A DNA stretch of 64,000 bases from Terriglobales bacterium (GTDB lineage Bacteria > Acidobacteriota > Terriglobia > Terriglobales > Acidobacteriaceae): contig DASPSE010000411.1 in the NCBI GenBank assembly GCA_035624085.1, positions 32,233 to 96,232 of the forward strand, in the 5' to 3' direction. This document shows, piece after piece, positions 29,321 to 38,254 of this stretch. The notes beneath the pieces were generated by a model, which was given only the letters and a program-made list of their open reading frames with translations, searched no databases and was not told where the DNA came from. The position numbers were made by a program, and so were the translations under genes. Position 1 is the first letter of the stretch, and each line of letters starts with the position of its first letter.

Positions 29321-31195
29321 CTACTTCGCCGCAGCGCGCGGCTTGAGAAGGCCGGAAAGGGTGTCTGGGGCAGAGTTCCTCTCGAGCTGCGGGTATTGCA
29401 ATCCCTTGTGATGGTCGATGGTCGCCTTGAAAATGGCAGATTGGCTTTGGACGGTCATCTTCATCGGAGCGGAAGTTCCATGATCCGCCGCAATCGCATC
29501 GCGCAAGTTCTGCGCAGACCACGTACGGCCGTTGACGGCTAATACCTTCATGCCCGGGCCGAGGCCCGCCTTCCACGCCGGCGAATCGCGCACGACATCA
29601 ACGATGGTGCCATCGGAGTGGATGAAAAGACCGATCGAGTAACGCTCTTCGACGGTGTGATGATCGGTATCGCGGGCGGTGAGCACGGGGCCGGGAACAT
29701 CGCCATAGGTCAAATTCCAGCCGCTGGCGGCGAGTCCTTCGAGCGGCGGTTTGTCGGTTTTATATACGCCGTGCTCAAAAAAATCTGCCCAATCGTAAGG
29801 GGCGATGGCACTGAGAGCGTTGACCACGTCATCGAGCGTGTACGGTTTGACGGTGGGCGCACCACCGGGCGGGCCGAAAAAGGCGCGACAGAAGTCGTCG
29901 AGCGACTTCTGGCCGGAGGTCCTACTCCGGATGATCTGGTCGGCCTCCAACCAGATCAGGAGCGACTCATCGTAGTAGTCGGTACTCCGGCGCAAGGATT
30001 CCCACTCGCCGCCGCCATAGAGAAGTTGGACGGACACGGCGGTGTCTTCCAAGGGTCGCCACTGGCGCCCGGTGCGATGTTCCATCTCGGCGGCGATAAT
30101 TGCCGCGTAGTCGCGGGCCTGCTCCGGGGTAAACAGGCCTGAACGAGCAGCCAAAACCCAATTCAAGTAACGGGTCAAGCCTTCGTAAACCCAGAGCAAG
30201 CTCCCCTGCATGGGATCCTGATAATTTTTCGTGTACAAATCGGCGGGCCGCCGATATTTCCCATTCCACGAATGCACGTACTCATGAGGGAGGAGATAAA
30301 GGGAAGCGACACGGTCCGATTGATCGAGAAAACCGCGCTCGCGCAAAGTGATATCGGTGGACTGATGATGTTCGGTGCCGTCTTCACCGACTTCGTCGGA
30401 AAGGGCGAGCAGAAAGACGTAATGCTCGTAGTGACGGGCGCCGAACAAGGCGTCGGTTTCCCGAACCATTCTTTTAAAGTTTTCGAGCAGCTGCGGTGAC
30501 TGATCGAGAGCTTCCTCGCTGTCCGCAGCAACACTCATGGCGACCGGGATCGGGCCATTGTCCAGAGTAAAGGTGCGGAAATGCTCTCCCGCGAGCAGCG
30601 GGGAATCGACCAGAGTGGTCAGTGAGACCACGGGGAACTTAACCGTATCGTTGGCCAATGCCTTGCCGGGCATGGCACAGGCAAACTTCCAGCCCGAAGG
30701 CAAACGAATCTCCCCCTGAATATCGATGTCATCCGTGTTTACGCCTTGCGGATAGAGCAGAACCGCATTCCAAAACAGATAGAACAGAAAAGGGGTTGCC
30801 TCGTGGGGTTGGAGAGCGCAATCGAGGGCGATATCGAGTTTCTGCGCTCCCGGGGGTATCTGGAGGTGGAAGGCGAACATATCTACGGGGTCGCGCGTCC
30901 AGGAGACCGGCTGGCCGGCGACGGAGAATTTCATCCACACCACCCTGTTCAGCGGGCCTGAAGGCGTGTGCTCTCCTGGAATCCATTTCGGAAAAACGAG
31001 AGTGAGGGAGCCGGGCTTCGCTGGAATTTCCAGCTCTGCATGAATGAGCTTGCGACGGACGTCTGTAGCGTCCACACGCAAGGAAATGGCCTGCCGATCC
31101 GCTCCAACCGCGGCCGTGGTAAGAACGAGCAAGAACACAAGCACTATTGACTTTGGCAGCAGACTCGCCAACTGTGTGGAAGCTTTAACCCACAT
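29321..31195 (-). CDS. M61 family glycyl aminopeptidase with C-terminal PDZ domain
   Basis: Signal peptide (MWVKAST..LTTAAVGA); HEYVHSWNGKYRRP (HExxH plus the downstream pattern typical of M61); PDZ-like C-terminus AGLGPGMKVLAVNG. ATG at 31195 preferred over the ORF start at 31327. Confidence 0.85.
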   Translation of the reverse strand: MWVKASTQLASLLPKSIVLVFLLVLTTAAVGADRQAISLRVDATDVRRKLIHAELEIPAKPGSLTLVFPKWIPGEHTPSGPLNRVVWMKFSVAGQPVSWTRDPVDMFAFHLQIPPGAQKLDIALDCALQPHEATPFLFYLFWNAVLLYPQGVNTDDIDIQGEIRLPSGWKFACAMPGKALANDTVKFPVVSLTTLVDSPLLAGEHFRTFTLDNGPIPVAMSVAADSEEALDQSPQLLENFKRMVRETDALFGARHYEHYVFLLALSDEVGEDGTEHHQSTDITLRERGFLDQSDRVASLYLLPHEYVHSWNGKYRRPADLYTKNYQDPMQGSLLWVYEGLTRYLNWVLAARSGLFTPEQARDYAAIIAAEMEHRTGRQWRPLEDTAVSVQLLYGGGEWESLRRSTDYYDESLLIWLEADQIIRSRTSGQKSLDDFCRAFFGPPGGAPTVKPYTLDDVVNALSAIAPYDWADFFEHGVYKTDKPPLEGLAASGWNLTYGDVPGPVLTARDTDHHTVEERYSIGLFIHSDGTIVDVVRDSPAWKAGLGPGMKVLAVNGRTWSAQNLRDAIAADHGTSAPMKMTVQSQSAIFKATIDHHKGLQYPQLERNSAPDTLSGLLKPRAAAK

Positions 31196-31418
31196 GAGCC
31201 AACCTCCGTCGCCACATTCACCGAGGAACCCGCCGCGCAGAGCAAAGCTGTTCGCCCGCGCGCCCTCCAACAATTTGTCGCCCAACGCTGCCTGCTTCAT
31301 ACGGTCGACCGACAATTCACAGGCCAATGCCGGGAAGAGGCGTTTCGCGCTTAGAAGGCGCCGACCCAGAGAGGCATGGCCGCTAGGCTCGGCCGAGCCG
31401 GAGTCTTGTGACGCCCGA

Positions 31419-34400
31419 TCAGAAAGTGATCCGCGCGCTTATCTGCATGGCGCGCGGGCCGGAAGCGTCGGCGCTTTGCATGCCGGAGATCGTGCCAAAA
31501 GTATCCAAGCCGAGATCCAGCGCCGGCGGAGCGAAGTTGGGATGGTTGAACGCATTGGCTACCTGCGCTCCAATCTTCAGTTTCGCGCGCTCGTAAATGG
31601 GAAACGTTTTGAACAGCGATAGCGACACGGCTTGCGTTCCGGGACCGACCACCGAACCCACCTGCGAGTCCCCCATACGGCCAATGTTGTTCGCCGGAAT
31701 CGCAAAAGCTGCCGGATTTACCCAGGCATTGACAGTCTGATGCGCAGGATACTTGGGCACACCGGGAACGATATCGGCGCGCGGGTCAGTGTAGAAATTC
31801 TCGAAGTTGTCTCCGCCAGGGTCGGCGCCGGCCGCCTGGACCGAGAGGAACGGGCCGGTCTGAAACAGCAGAACGCCAGCTACCTCCCATCCGCTCACGA
31901 CGTGGTCGAGCAGCGCATTGCTCTTGTAGCTGAACGGTAAATTGTAAATGAAGGTCGTCTGGAAGCGCTGGCGGCGAGTGAAAGAGACGTTGCCGTAGTC
32001 ATAGTTGACGTCATAGATGTTGGTCACCTGACCGCCGCCCTCGAACTGAAAACTCGTCGAGGTGCCGCCTTCGGCATTCGAGAGGTTCACGGCGTGGTTG
32101 TAGCTGGCTTCGAACTGGAGGCCGTGGGAGAAGCGCTTGTTCAAGTCGATAGTAAATGCATTGTAATTGCTGCGTCCGGGGGTTGCGTAGACATTGATTG
32201 CGGACCAAAGGGGATAGGGCTCTTGCACGCCCGGTGTGCCAAACCCCGAGGTATTGAGCGGGACCTGGTTTGCGTTTTCGGCGGCGCCCAGAGCGCTGCC
32301 ATGACTTCCGTCATAGGTGAGCCGGAGACCGGTTTGGAAACCGAGATCGCGCTCGTAGGTCAGGTTCCACTGGTCAACACGGGGGTCTTTATAGTTCCAG
32401 TCGAAGGCGGCGCAGAAAATCACACTGCCGGGGATCGCCAGGTTGGAGGGGAAAGGCCTAGCGTTCGGGAGGCTGCTTGAAGGGAACGCCAACTGCGGCA
32501 ATCCGTTCGAGGCAAAAGCGTTGTTGAAGCCAGCGATGTAGCTGGACTCGGCGTCAAGCATCTCGTTAACCACGTTGCTGTAAAGCGTCTCATAGTAGAC
32601 GCCAAAGCCTCCACGGAGGACATTCTTGCTATCTCGGGTCATGCGCCAGGCAAACCCGAACCGCGGTGCAAAGTCGGTTTTTGGGTTAAAGCGCATGTCC
32701 GAGGGAAGACCGAGCTGGGCTGCGGTGTAGAGGGGTGTCGGCGCAATGGAAGCCAGCAAAAGCGGATTCAGATACTTGAGCGCTCTGTCATCCGGTATCA
32801 CCAGAGCGCCATTCACGGTTTGCCCGTTGACTACAGTAGAGGTGTTGCCGTAGAAGTTGCCCACGTTGCCGGCATAATCCTGCATAATCGGCTGGTATTC
32901 CCAACGCAAGCCGTAGTTGAGCGTCAGGCTCGGCGTTACTTTCCAACTGTCCAGGCCGTAGAAAGCCCAAAGGTTGGAGTAGGAGTCCACCCCATCTTTG
33001 AGCACCGAGGAAACTTCGGTGAAATCGGGAGTTCCGAGCAGGAACTCGGCGAACGGATTGCCGATCGTTGAGCCGACGGCGGAAGAACCGTTGTAAGTGT
33101 ATTCTCCGAGCCGGGCATAGCCGTCGTTGCTGAAGTAAGATGCGCCGAAGTGCTGGAACTGGACGCCGAATTTGTAGGTGTGGTTGTGGTGCATGATCGA
33201 TAGGTTGTCGACGCCCTCAGAGACTCCACTGTGCGACGCATATTGATGCACGTTGCCGGTCTCGTCAAAACCAGAGATATTGAAATTGGGAACGAGATCG
33301 TAATCGGGAGGAGCTTGGGGCAGAAATGACGTCAGGCCGATCTGGTTGGCAATCGTGCCGGCGGGCATGGGAAAGGTGTACTGGTAAGGGGTGTTCGTCC
33401 AACCGCCACGGAGCTCGTTAATGACGTTCGAGCTAATGATGAAGTTCCAGCCACCGGCCAGATTTAAATACTTATAAGTAAACGAAATCGGGCCGATCAA
33501 GGGGGTCGCGTCGGAATAGTACGTGCCTGGCGCGTCGACCTGATCCACGTGCTTGTAGGTGAGCCGGGCGAAAACCGAATGCCGCGTGCCGATATTCTGA
33601 TCCACGCGCACGTCGCCCTGGTTCGTGGAGATGGGTGTCGGGAAATTATCCACGTAGTTGTTCACGAGTGAGTTAGGGCCGCCGGTGTTCGGCAGCGGGA
33701 ACAGATATTGCAGGGTCCTCTGCGCGAATGGCGAGATCATCGACTGAGGAATCTGGTTGTTGAGGAAGGGCTGGCCGGTGAAGGGATTCGTAATTGGCGT
33801 TGAGTAGGCCGAAAGATCGCCGCTGCGCAACGCCAGAGAAGGCACGCTTTTGACGAGCACCGTCGCGCCGGGCTTGCGCAACCCCTCGTAATCGATGAAG
33901 AAGAACGTCCGATTCTTCACCACGGGCCCGCCGAGACTGGCCCCAAAATCGTTCATGTGGAGCGGCGTTACCTTGGAACTGAAGTAGTTCCGGGCATCGA
34001 AATAGTCGTTCTGGAAATAATCGTAGAGGGAACCGTGCAAGGTATTGGTGCCGCTCTTGGAGATGGTCGTGACGTCGGCGACGGAGCCGTATTCCGCCGA
34101 GTTGTTCACTTCATTCACGTGAATTTCCGAGATGCCTTCAAAGGAAGGAAACAGCTCGGCCGACGGCCCCATCTCGTAGGGGCTCACGGTGCTGAGGCCG
34201 TCGATGGAGGCTGCCACCTGGGCCGGTCTCAACCCGGCGACGGAAATGTTGTTGCTGTTATCGATTTCCACCTCGGGCTGCGTCGTCAGGGTGGTAAACG
34301 CACTGGTCGAGCCCGATGCGCGGCTGGCGATAGCGACGGGAAGATCGAGCAGTTCCTGTTCGGTCTTCGTCTCGGCAATATGAGAGACCTCGGTGGCAAT

Positions 34401-34841
34401 CGGGGCCTCCACGGCTGCGCTCACCTCGATCTTCTCGTTTGCGCTGCCTACCCTCAGGCTGCGATCAACACGGACCGTCTGCTGGGTGAGGAGCTGAATA
34501 TCGGTAACTTCCTCGGATGCGAATCCCGGAGCTTCCAGACGAATCTGATATCCGCCGGGCATGAGATTCAACACCTCGTAGTTGCCGTTGGTATCAGTCT
34601 TCGTGGTTCTCCGCTCGCCGGTACCTACGTTGATCACAGTAATCTTGGCACCGGGGACGACGGCTCCCGAGGGATCGCGTACTGCGCCGACGAGAGAAGA
34701 AAACGTTGTTTGAGCCCAACCGCTCTCAACCAGCAGAGTCAAAGTCAAAATCGAGACGCCGACGAGGCGGAGTCGCCGTAACAAGGCACAAGACCCTCGG
34801 TGTCTCTGATGCAGAATAGACGGTTGCCTTGAGATAGGCAT
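31419..34841 (-). CDS. TonB-dependent receptor with CarboxypepD_reg domain (TBDR3), paralog of TBDR2
   Basis: 1140 aa. GAVRDPSGAVVPGAKITVINVGTGERRTTKTDTNGNYEVLNLMPGGYQIR, ISKSGTNTLHGSLYD, FFFIDYEGLR, C-terminal ..SARITF. The N- and C-terminal thirds are nearly identical to TBDR2. Confidence 0.9.
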   Translation of the reverse strand: MPISRQPSILHQRHRGSCALLRRLRLVGVSILTLTLLVESGWAQTTFSSLVGAVRDPSGAVVPGAKITVINVGTGERRTTKTDTNGNYEVLNLMPGGYQIRLEAPGFASEEVTDIQLLTQQTVRVDRSLRVGSANEKIEVSAAVEAPIATEVSHIAETKTEQELLDLPVAIASRASGSTSAFTTLTTQPEVEIDNSNNISVAGLRPAQVAASIDGLSTVSPYEMGPSAELFPSFEGISEIHVNEVNNSAEYGSVADVTTISKSGTNTLHGSLYDYFQNDYFDARNYFSSKVTPLHMNDFGASLGGPVVKNRTFFFIDYEGLRKPGATVLVKSVPSLALRSGDLSAYSTPITNPFTGQPFLNNQIPQSMISPFAQRTLQYLFPLPNTGGPNSLVNNYVDNFPTPISTNQGDVRVDQNIGTRHSVFARLTYKHVDQVDAPGTYYSDATPLIGPISFTYKYLNLAGGWNFIISSNVINELRGGWTNTPYQYTFPMPAGTIANQIGLTSFLPQAPPDYDLVPNFNISGFDETGNVHQYASHSGVSEGVDNLSIMHHNHTYKFGVQFQHFGASYFSNDGYARLGEYTYNGSSAVGSTIGNPFAEFLLGTPDFTEVSSVLKDGVDSYSNLWAFYGLDSWKVTPSLTLNYGLRWEYQPIMQDYAGNVGNFYGNTSTVVNGQTVNGALVIPDDRALKYLNPLLLASIAPTPLYTAAQLGLPSDMRFNPKTDFAPRFGFAWRMTRDSKNVLRGGFGVYYETLYSNVVNEMLDAESSYIAGFNNAFASNGLPQLAFPSSSLPNARPFPSNLAIPGSVIFCAAFDWNYKDPRVDQWNLTYERDLGFQTGLRLTYDGSHGSALGAAENANQVPLNTSGFGTPGVQEPYPLWSAINVYATPGRSNYNAFTIDLNKRFSHGLQFEASYNHAVNLSNAEGGTSTSFQFEGGGQVTNIYDVNYDYGNVSFTRRQRFQTTFIYNLPFSYKSNALLDHVVSGWEVAGVLLFQTGPFLSVQAAGADPGGDNFENFYTDPRADIVPGVPKYPAHQTVNAWVNPAAFAIPANNIGRMGDSQVGSVVGPGTQAVSLSLFKTFPIYERAKLKIGAQVANAFNHPNFAPPALDLGLDTFGTISGMQSADASGPRAMQISARITF

Positions 34842-34895
34842 GAGATTCCCCCACTGTCCAGAAATGCGCGGCGTGTCTCACCCTTTGGGGCGGGA

Positions 34896-34961
34896 AGAAT
34901 AGTACCGGTCCCTAGTGAAAGTCAAGCCAAAAATGTATACCCCGCATCGCTAATCGTATAC
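34896..34961 (-). promoter_or_regulatory. Bipartite hexamer site plus sigma70-like promoter upstream of TBDR3
   Basis: On the gene strand: GTATAC (34956-34961), N15, GTATAC (34935-34940), N9 (atttttggc), TTGACT (34920-34925), N18, TATTCT (34896-34901). Confidence 0.5.
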
Positions 34962-35179
34962 ACCCATTAAAGTCGCGGCGCTCATTCGGAACGGAAATCT
35001 ACTCCATGAAAGGTGTCACCCCCCGAGAGCGAGTCGGTTTACTGTGCACGGCGCAGCAACATGAAGCAGTCCAAGGACTCCGACTTGCCTAACCGCCACT
35101 AGGTCGCAATTTCGCTGCGTGGGGAAGTGGAAGAAGTGTTATAGTGCCCGAACTGGAGGTCCAAATCAGAAGTTCCGGG

Positions 35180-36364
35180 ATGACACGCGACATCCAGGCC
35201 GGGTTCAGCCGCAGAGACTGGCTTCGAATGTCGCTGATTGCTGGTGCGGCTGTCGTCACGGGTTTCAATCGTTCGTGGTGGCTGCCGGTTGCCTTCGCCG
35301 AGACGCAGGACGCGTTTCACGGTGGCAAGAAAATTGGTGACGTCGATTTCGTGGGAGAGATTCCGGTCGAGATGAACGCGGTCATCGGGACGGAGCTCGA
35401 TGGCCGGCTTTACACGGATCTTTCCACCCTGGCTCCTGACCATCCTATTACTCCGACAAAGGACTTCTACATACGCACGTGCGTTTCGAAGCTGCTGGGG
35501 GATGACACGCGCGGATGGACAATACGGCTTGCGGGGCTTGCTCGGGAACGGGCCAATCTCAGCTTGGCCCGCCTCACAGCCATGGAAAAACCCTTGGGCG
35601 TCCATGTCATGGAGTGTGTCGGAAATCAGCGTGGATGTCATTTCGGACTCGTGAGCGCTGCATCCTGGACGGGCGTGGCGTTGTCCGAGATTTTGAATAC
35701 GGTCCACATTGGACCGCGCGCGTCGCACGTGTTGGTCTCAGGGTTCGATCGTTACCAAGCCGAGTCGGTCAGCTCGATTCCGGGCGCCAGTTGGATATTC
35801 AAGCTTGAAGAGCTGAGGGCAAGGGGTGCGTTTCTGGCAACGCGGATGAACGGCGAATTGCTGCCGAGAGATCATGGCGCGCCGGTACGCCTAGTCGTGC
35901 CCGGTTGGTACGGATGCGCGTGCATCAAGTGGGTAAATGAAATCGCTCTCGTTCCCGATGATGCCCCGGCAACTTCGCAAATGAAGGAGTATGCTGAGCG
36001 AACGGGGCAGCAAGGGATCCCGGATCTCGCAAGAGACTACCTTCCTGCTGCCATGGAGTATGCCGCCACACCAATCAGAATCGAACGATGGTCGGTGGAC
36101 GGCGGGTTTAAGTACCGTGTCGTGGGACTTCTTTGGGGTGGCTCGGCGCCCGTCAAAAAACTTGAGATTCGCTTCAATCCCGATGAGGAGTACGTTTCTG
36201 TAGATCACGTCGACACCCCCGGCCAGAACTCCTGGCGCTTCTGGACCCACACTTGGTCTCCTCGAAGCGAGGGCACATATCTGATACGCCTCCGAGTGAA
36301 AGATCCGATCGTGCAGGCAAAGCGCCTGGAGTCTGGCCGCTATGAGCGCGCGGTTGTGATCTGA
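35180..36364 (+). CDS. Molybdopterin-dependent oxidoreductase of the sulfite-oxidase family, Tat-exported
   Basis: Twin-arginine signal SRRDWLRMSLIAGAAVV. Core pattern HVMECVGN (Mo-ligand Cys region), RMNGELLPRDHGAPVRLVVPGWYGCACIKWV, and a C-terminal Ig-like dimerisation-type domain. Confidence 0.8.
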   Translation: MTRDIQAGFSRRDWLRMSLIAGAAVVTGFNRSWWLPVAFAETQDAFHGGKKIGDVDFVGEIPVEMNAVIGTELDGRLYTDLSTLAPDHPITPTKDFYIRTCVSKLLGDDTRGWTIRLAGLARERANLSLARLTAMEKPLGVHVMECVGNQRGCHFGLVSAASWTGVALSEILNTVHIGPRASHVLVSGFDRYQAESVSSIPGASWIFKLEELRARGAFLATRMNGELLPRDHGAPVRLVVPGWYGCACIKWVNEIALVPDDAPATSQMKEYAERTGQQGIPDLARDYLPAAMEYAATPIRIERWSVDGGFKYRVVGLLWGGSAPVKKLEIRFNPDEEYVSVDHVDTPGQNSWRFWTHTWSPRSEGTYLIRLRVKDPIVQAKRLESGRYERAVVI

Positions 36365-36381
36365 GAGATGAGGATAGCGAA

Positions 36382-38037
36382 TTGCCGGAAAGGAACCCGA
36401 ACACCTTCTTGTTGCGCTTGAGCGCTTGGTTGCTTCTTGCTGCGACTGGCTGGGTGTGTGTTTCCCGGCCGGCGCTAGCTCAAACCGACGTCGGCTCACC
36501 CGGCGAAAAGATCGGTTGGGTGCCCCGGGCGATTCTCGAACGCCCGGTTCCAGTGCGTCAGGGGATTGGCAACCTTCATGAAAAAGTAACCACGTCTTCG
36601 CTAGAGGCTCAGACGTTTTACGATCAAGGACTTGATTATTTCTCTGGGTATGACTGGATCGAGGCGGCTCGGTCGTTCAATCAGGCGCTGCGTCTCGATC
36701 CAAGTTTGGCAATGGCATATATCCGGCTGAGCGAAGTATACACTCAGCTACAGGACAACTCCGCGGCGCGCATTGCCTGCAACAAAGCCCAGTCGCTTTC
36801 CAGCCGGGTGAGCGAGCGCGAACGGGCCCGGATTCAGATCCGTGCCGATCACCTTGACTACATCGAAGATCCTGATTCCGAGCAAAAGTACGTTGTTTGG
36901 AGAAAGGCGATCAGTGAGGCGCTCACGGCGAATCTTACGGATTGGGGGCTGTGGATCCTGCTTGGCAATGCTATCGGCGACGGCGAAGGTATAGAATCGG
37001 TAGCGGACTACGAAACTGCGCTCGCGTTCTCTACAAACAATTCCGCGGCCCATCATATTCTCGCCCATACATTCGAACATCTCGGTCAGACGCAACAAGC
37101 GCTTGCGCATGCCGAAGCCTTTGTGCGCGTGGCTCCCTCCATTCGTCATGCCCATCACATGCTGGGACATGAATTGCGAAGACTCGGACGGACCGCAGAG
37201 GCGATCACGGAATTTCGCAAGGCAGACGAACTGGAAAACTCCTATTATCGTACCGAGAATATTCCCGCCAGATATGATTGGCACCGCGCTCACAATCTTC
37301 TTCTCCTCGCCATGTGCTACGAGGCGTTGGGGCAGATGAAAGCCGCGGCACCGCTTCTGCACGAGGCCTTTTCGCTTCCCGCCTATACCGACACCGCCGA
37401 GTATTATCGGCGCGAATGGCCGGATTTCCTGCTCGATCGCGGCCGGCCGGAGGAATCGCTCACGGCAGCGCGGGAATTGATCGAAAGCAGTGCCTGGCCC
37501 TCGGGCCGCTTAGCCGGTCATGAGTCGGCCGGCAGAGCCCTGCTGGCACTGCACCGCAGCGATGAAGCCAAGAACGAGCTCGAATTGGCGGAACGAGAGA
37601 TGGAACGCCTTCCGGCGCATTTGTCCAGCGAGCTGCCCGGAAGCGGAATCTTGAGCGGTGAAATATTGCTACGCGATCAAAAGCAGCCGGAAGCCGACGC
37701 AGTGTTCAAGAAGGTCGAAGCCGACCTTCGAGCTATGCCCGGGGCCGACACCTGGAGTCTGGCGTTGTTTCAACTCCAGTTTATCGCCCAGTTGGCTCGG
37801 CAATTTGGCGATTGGAATCTCGCGGAATTCACTGCCCGACAAATGATCGAGCATGATCCCAGCTATGCCGGCGGCTACTACGCCCTGGGCCTGGCTGCGG
37901 AGCACTCAGGTGATACGGCTTCGGCACGTCGGCAATTTCAGATGGCGGAAAAGCTTTGGGGTAGCGCCGATCCTGGATTACCCGAGCTCGTCCACCTCCA
38001 GGAAAGCTTGGCGGCAACGAGGCATGGCTCTGATTGA
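36382..38037 (+). CDS. Exported TPR-repeat protein
   Basis: 551 aa with signal peptide (..CVSRPALAQ) and multiple TPR-like helical pairs (AQTFYDQGLDYF..WIEAARSFNQALRLDP, AMAYIRLSEVY.., YYALGLAAEHSGD). The start is a TTG taken from the ORF track. Confidence 0.7.
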   Translation: MPERNPNTFLLRLSAWLLLAATGWVCVSRPALAQTDVGSPGEKIGWVPRAILERPVPVRQGIGNLHEKVTTSSLEAQTFYDQGLDYFSGYDWIEAARSFNQALRLDPSLAMAYIRLSEVYTQLQDNSAARIACNKAQSLSSRVSERERARIQIRADHLDYIEDPDSEQKYVVWRKAISEALTANLTDWGLWILLGNAIGDGEGIESVADYETALAFSTNNSAAHHILAHTFEHLGQTQQALAHAEAFVRVAPSIRHAHHMLGHELRRLGRTAEAITEFRKADELENSYYRTENIPARYDWHRAHNLLLLAMCYEALGQMKAAAPLLHEAFSLPAYTDTAEYYRREWPDFLLDRGRPEESLTAARELIESSAWPSGRLAGHESAGRALLALHRSDEAKNELELAEREMERLPAHLSSELPGSGILSGEILLRDQKQPEADAVFKKVEADLRAMPGADTWSLALFQLQFIAQLARQFGDWNLAEFTARQMIEHDPSYAGGYYALGLAAEHSGDTASARRQFQMAEKLWGSADPGLPELVHLQESLAATRHGSD

Positions 38038-38130
38038 GCCACAGCGCGATTACTTCTTGTGCTCGTTCGCCATATCAGGTGTGTGTCCCCCGAGCTCCGC
38101 TAATCGGTACATCCTTGCAGCCAAACCAGC

Positions 38131-38196
38131 GTAGACAATCGCAGGCACATTGTATACAAGTTTCCTGTTGACTTTGCGCACCGGCTGTCCTACGTT
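38131..38196 (+). promoter_or_regulatory. Bipartite hexamer site plus sigma70-like promoter upstream of the CapA-like gene
   Basis: GTAGAC (38131-38136), N15, GTATAC (38152-38157), N10 (aagtttcctg), TTGACT (38168-38173), N17, TACGTT (38191-38196). Confidence 0.5.
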
Positions 38197-38254
38197 ATCA
38201 GTCCAAAAGCAAGCGGCCGTGCCAGGTGATTCTCTCAAGTTGACACTTGGAGGA

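Larger units (their letters stand above)
31419..36364. repeat. Segmental duplication, copy B (TBDR3, its promoter/operator, and the intact Mo-enzyme gene)
   Basis: See copy A. Only this copy retains the complete sulfite-oxidase-family gene. Confidence 0.8.
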
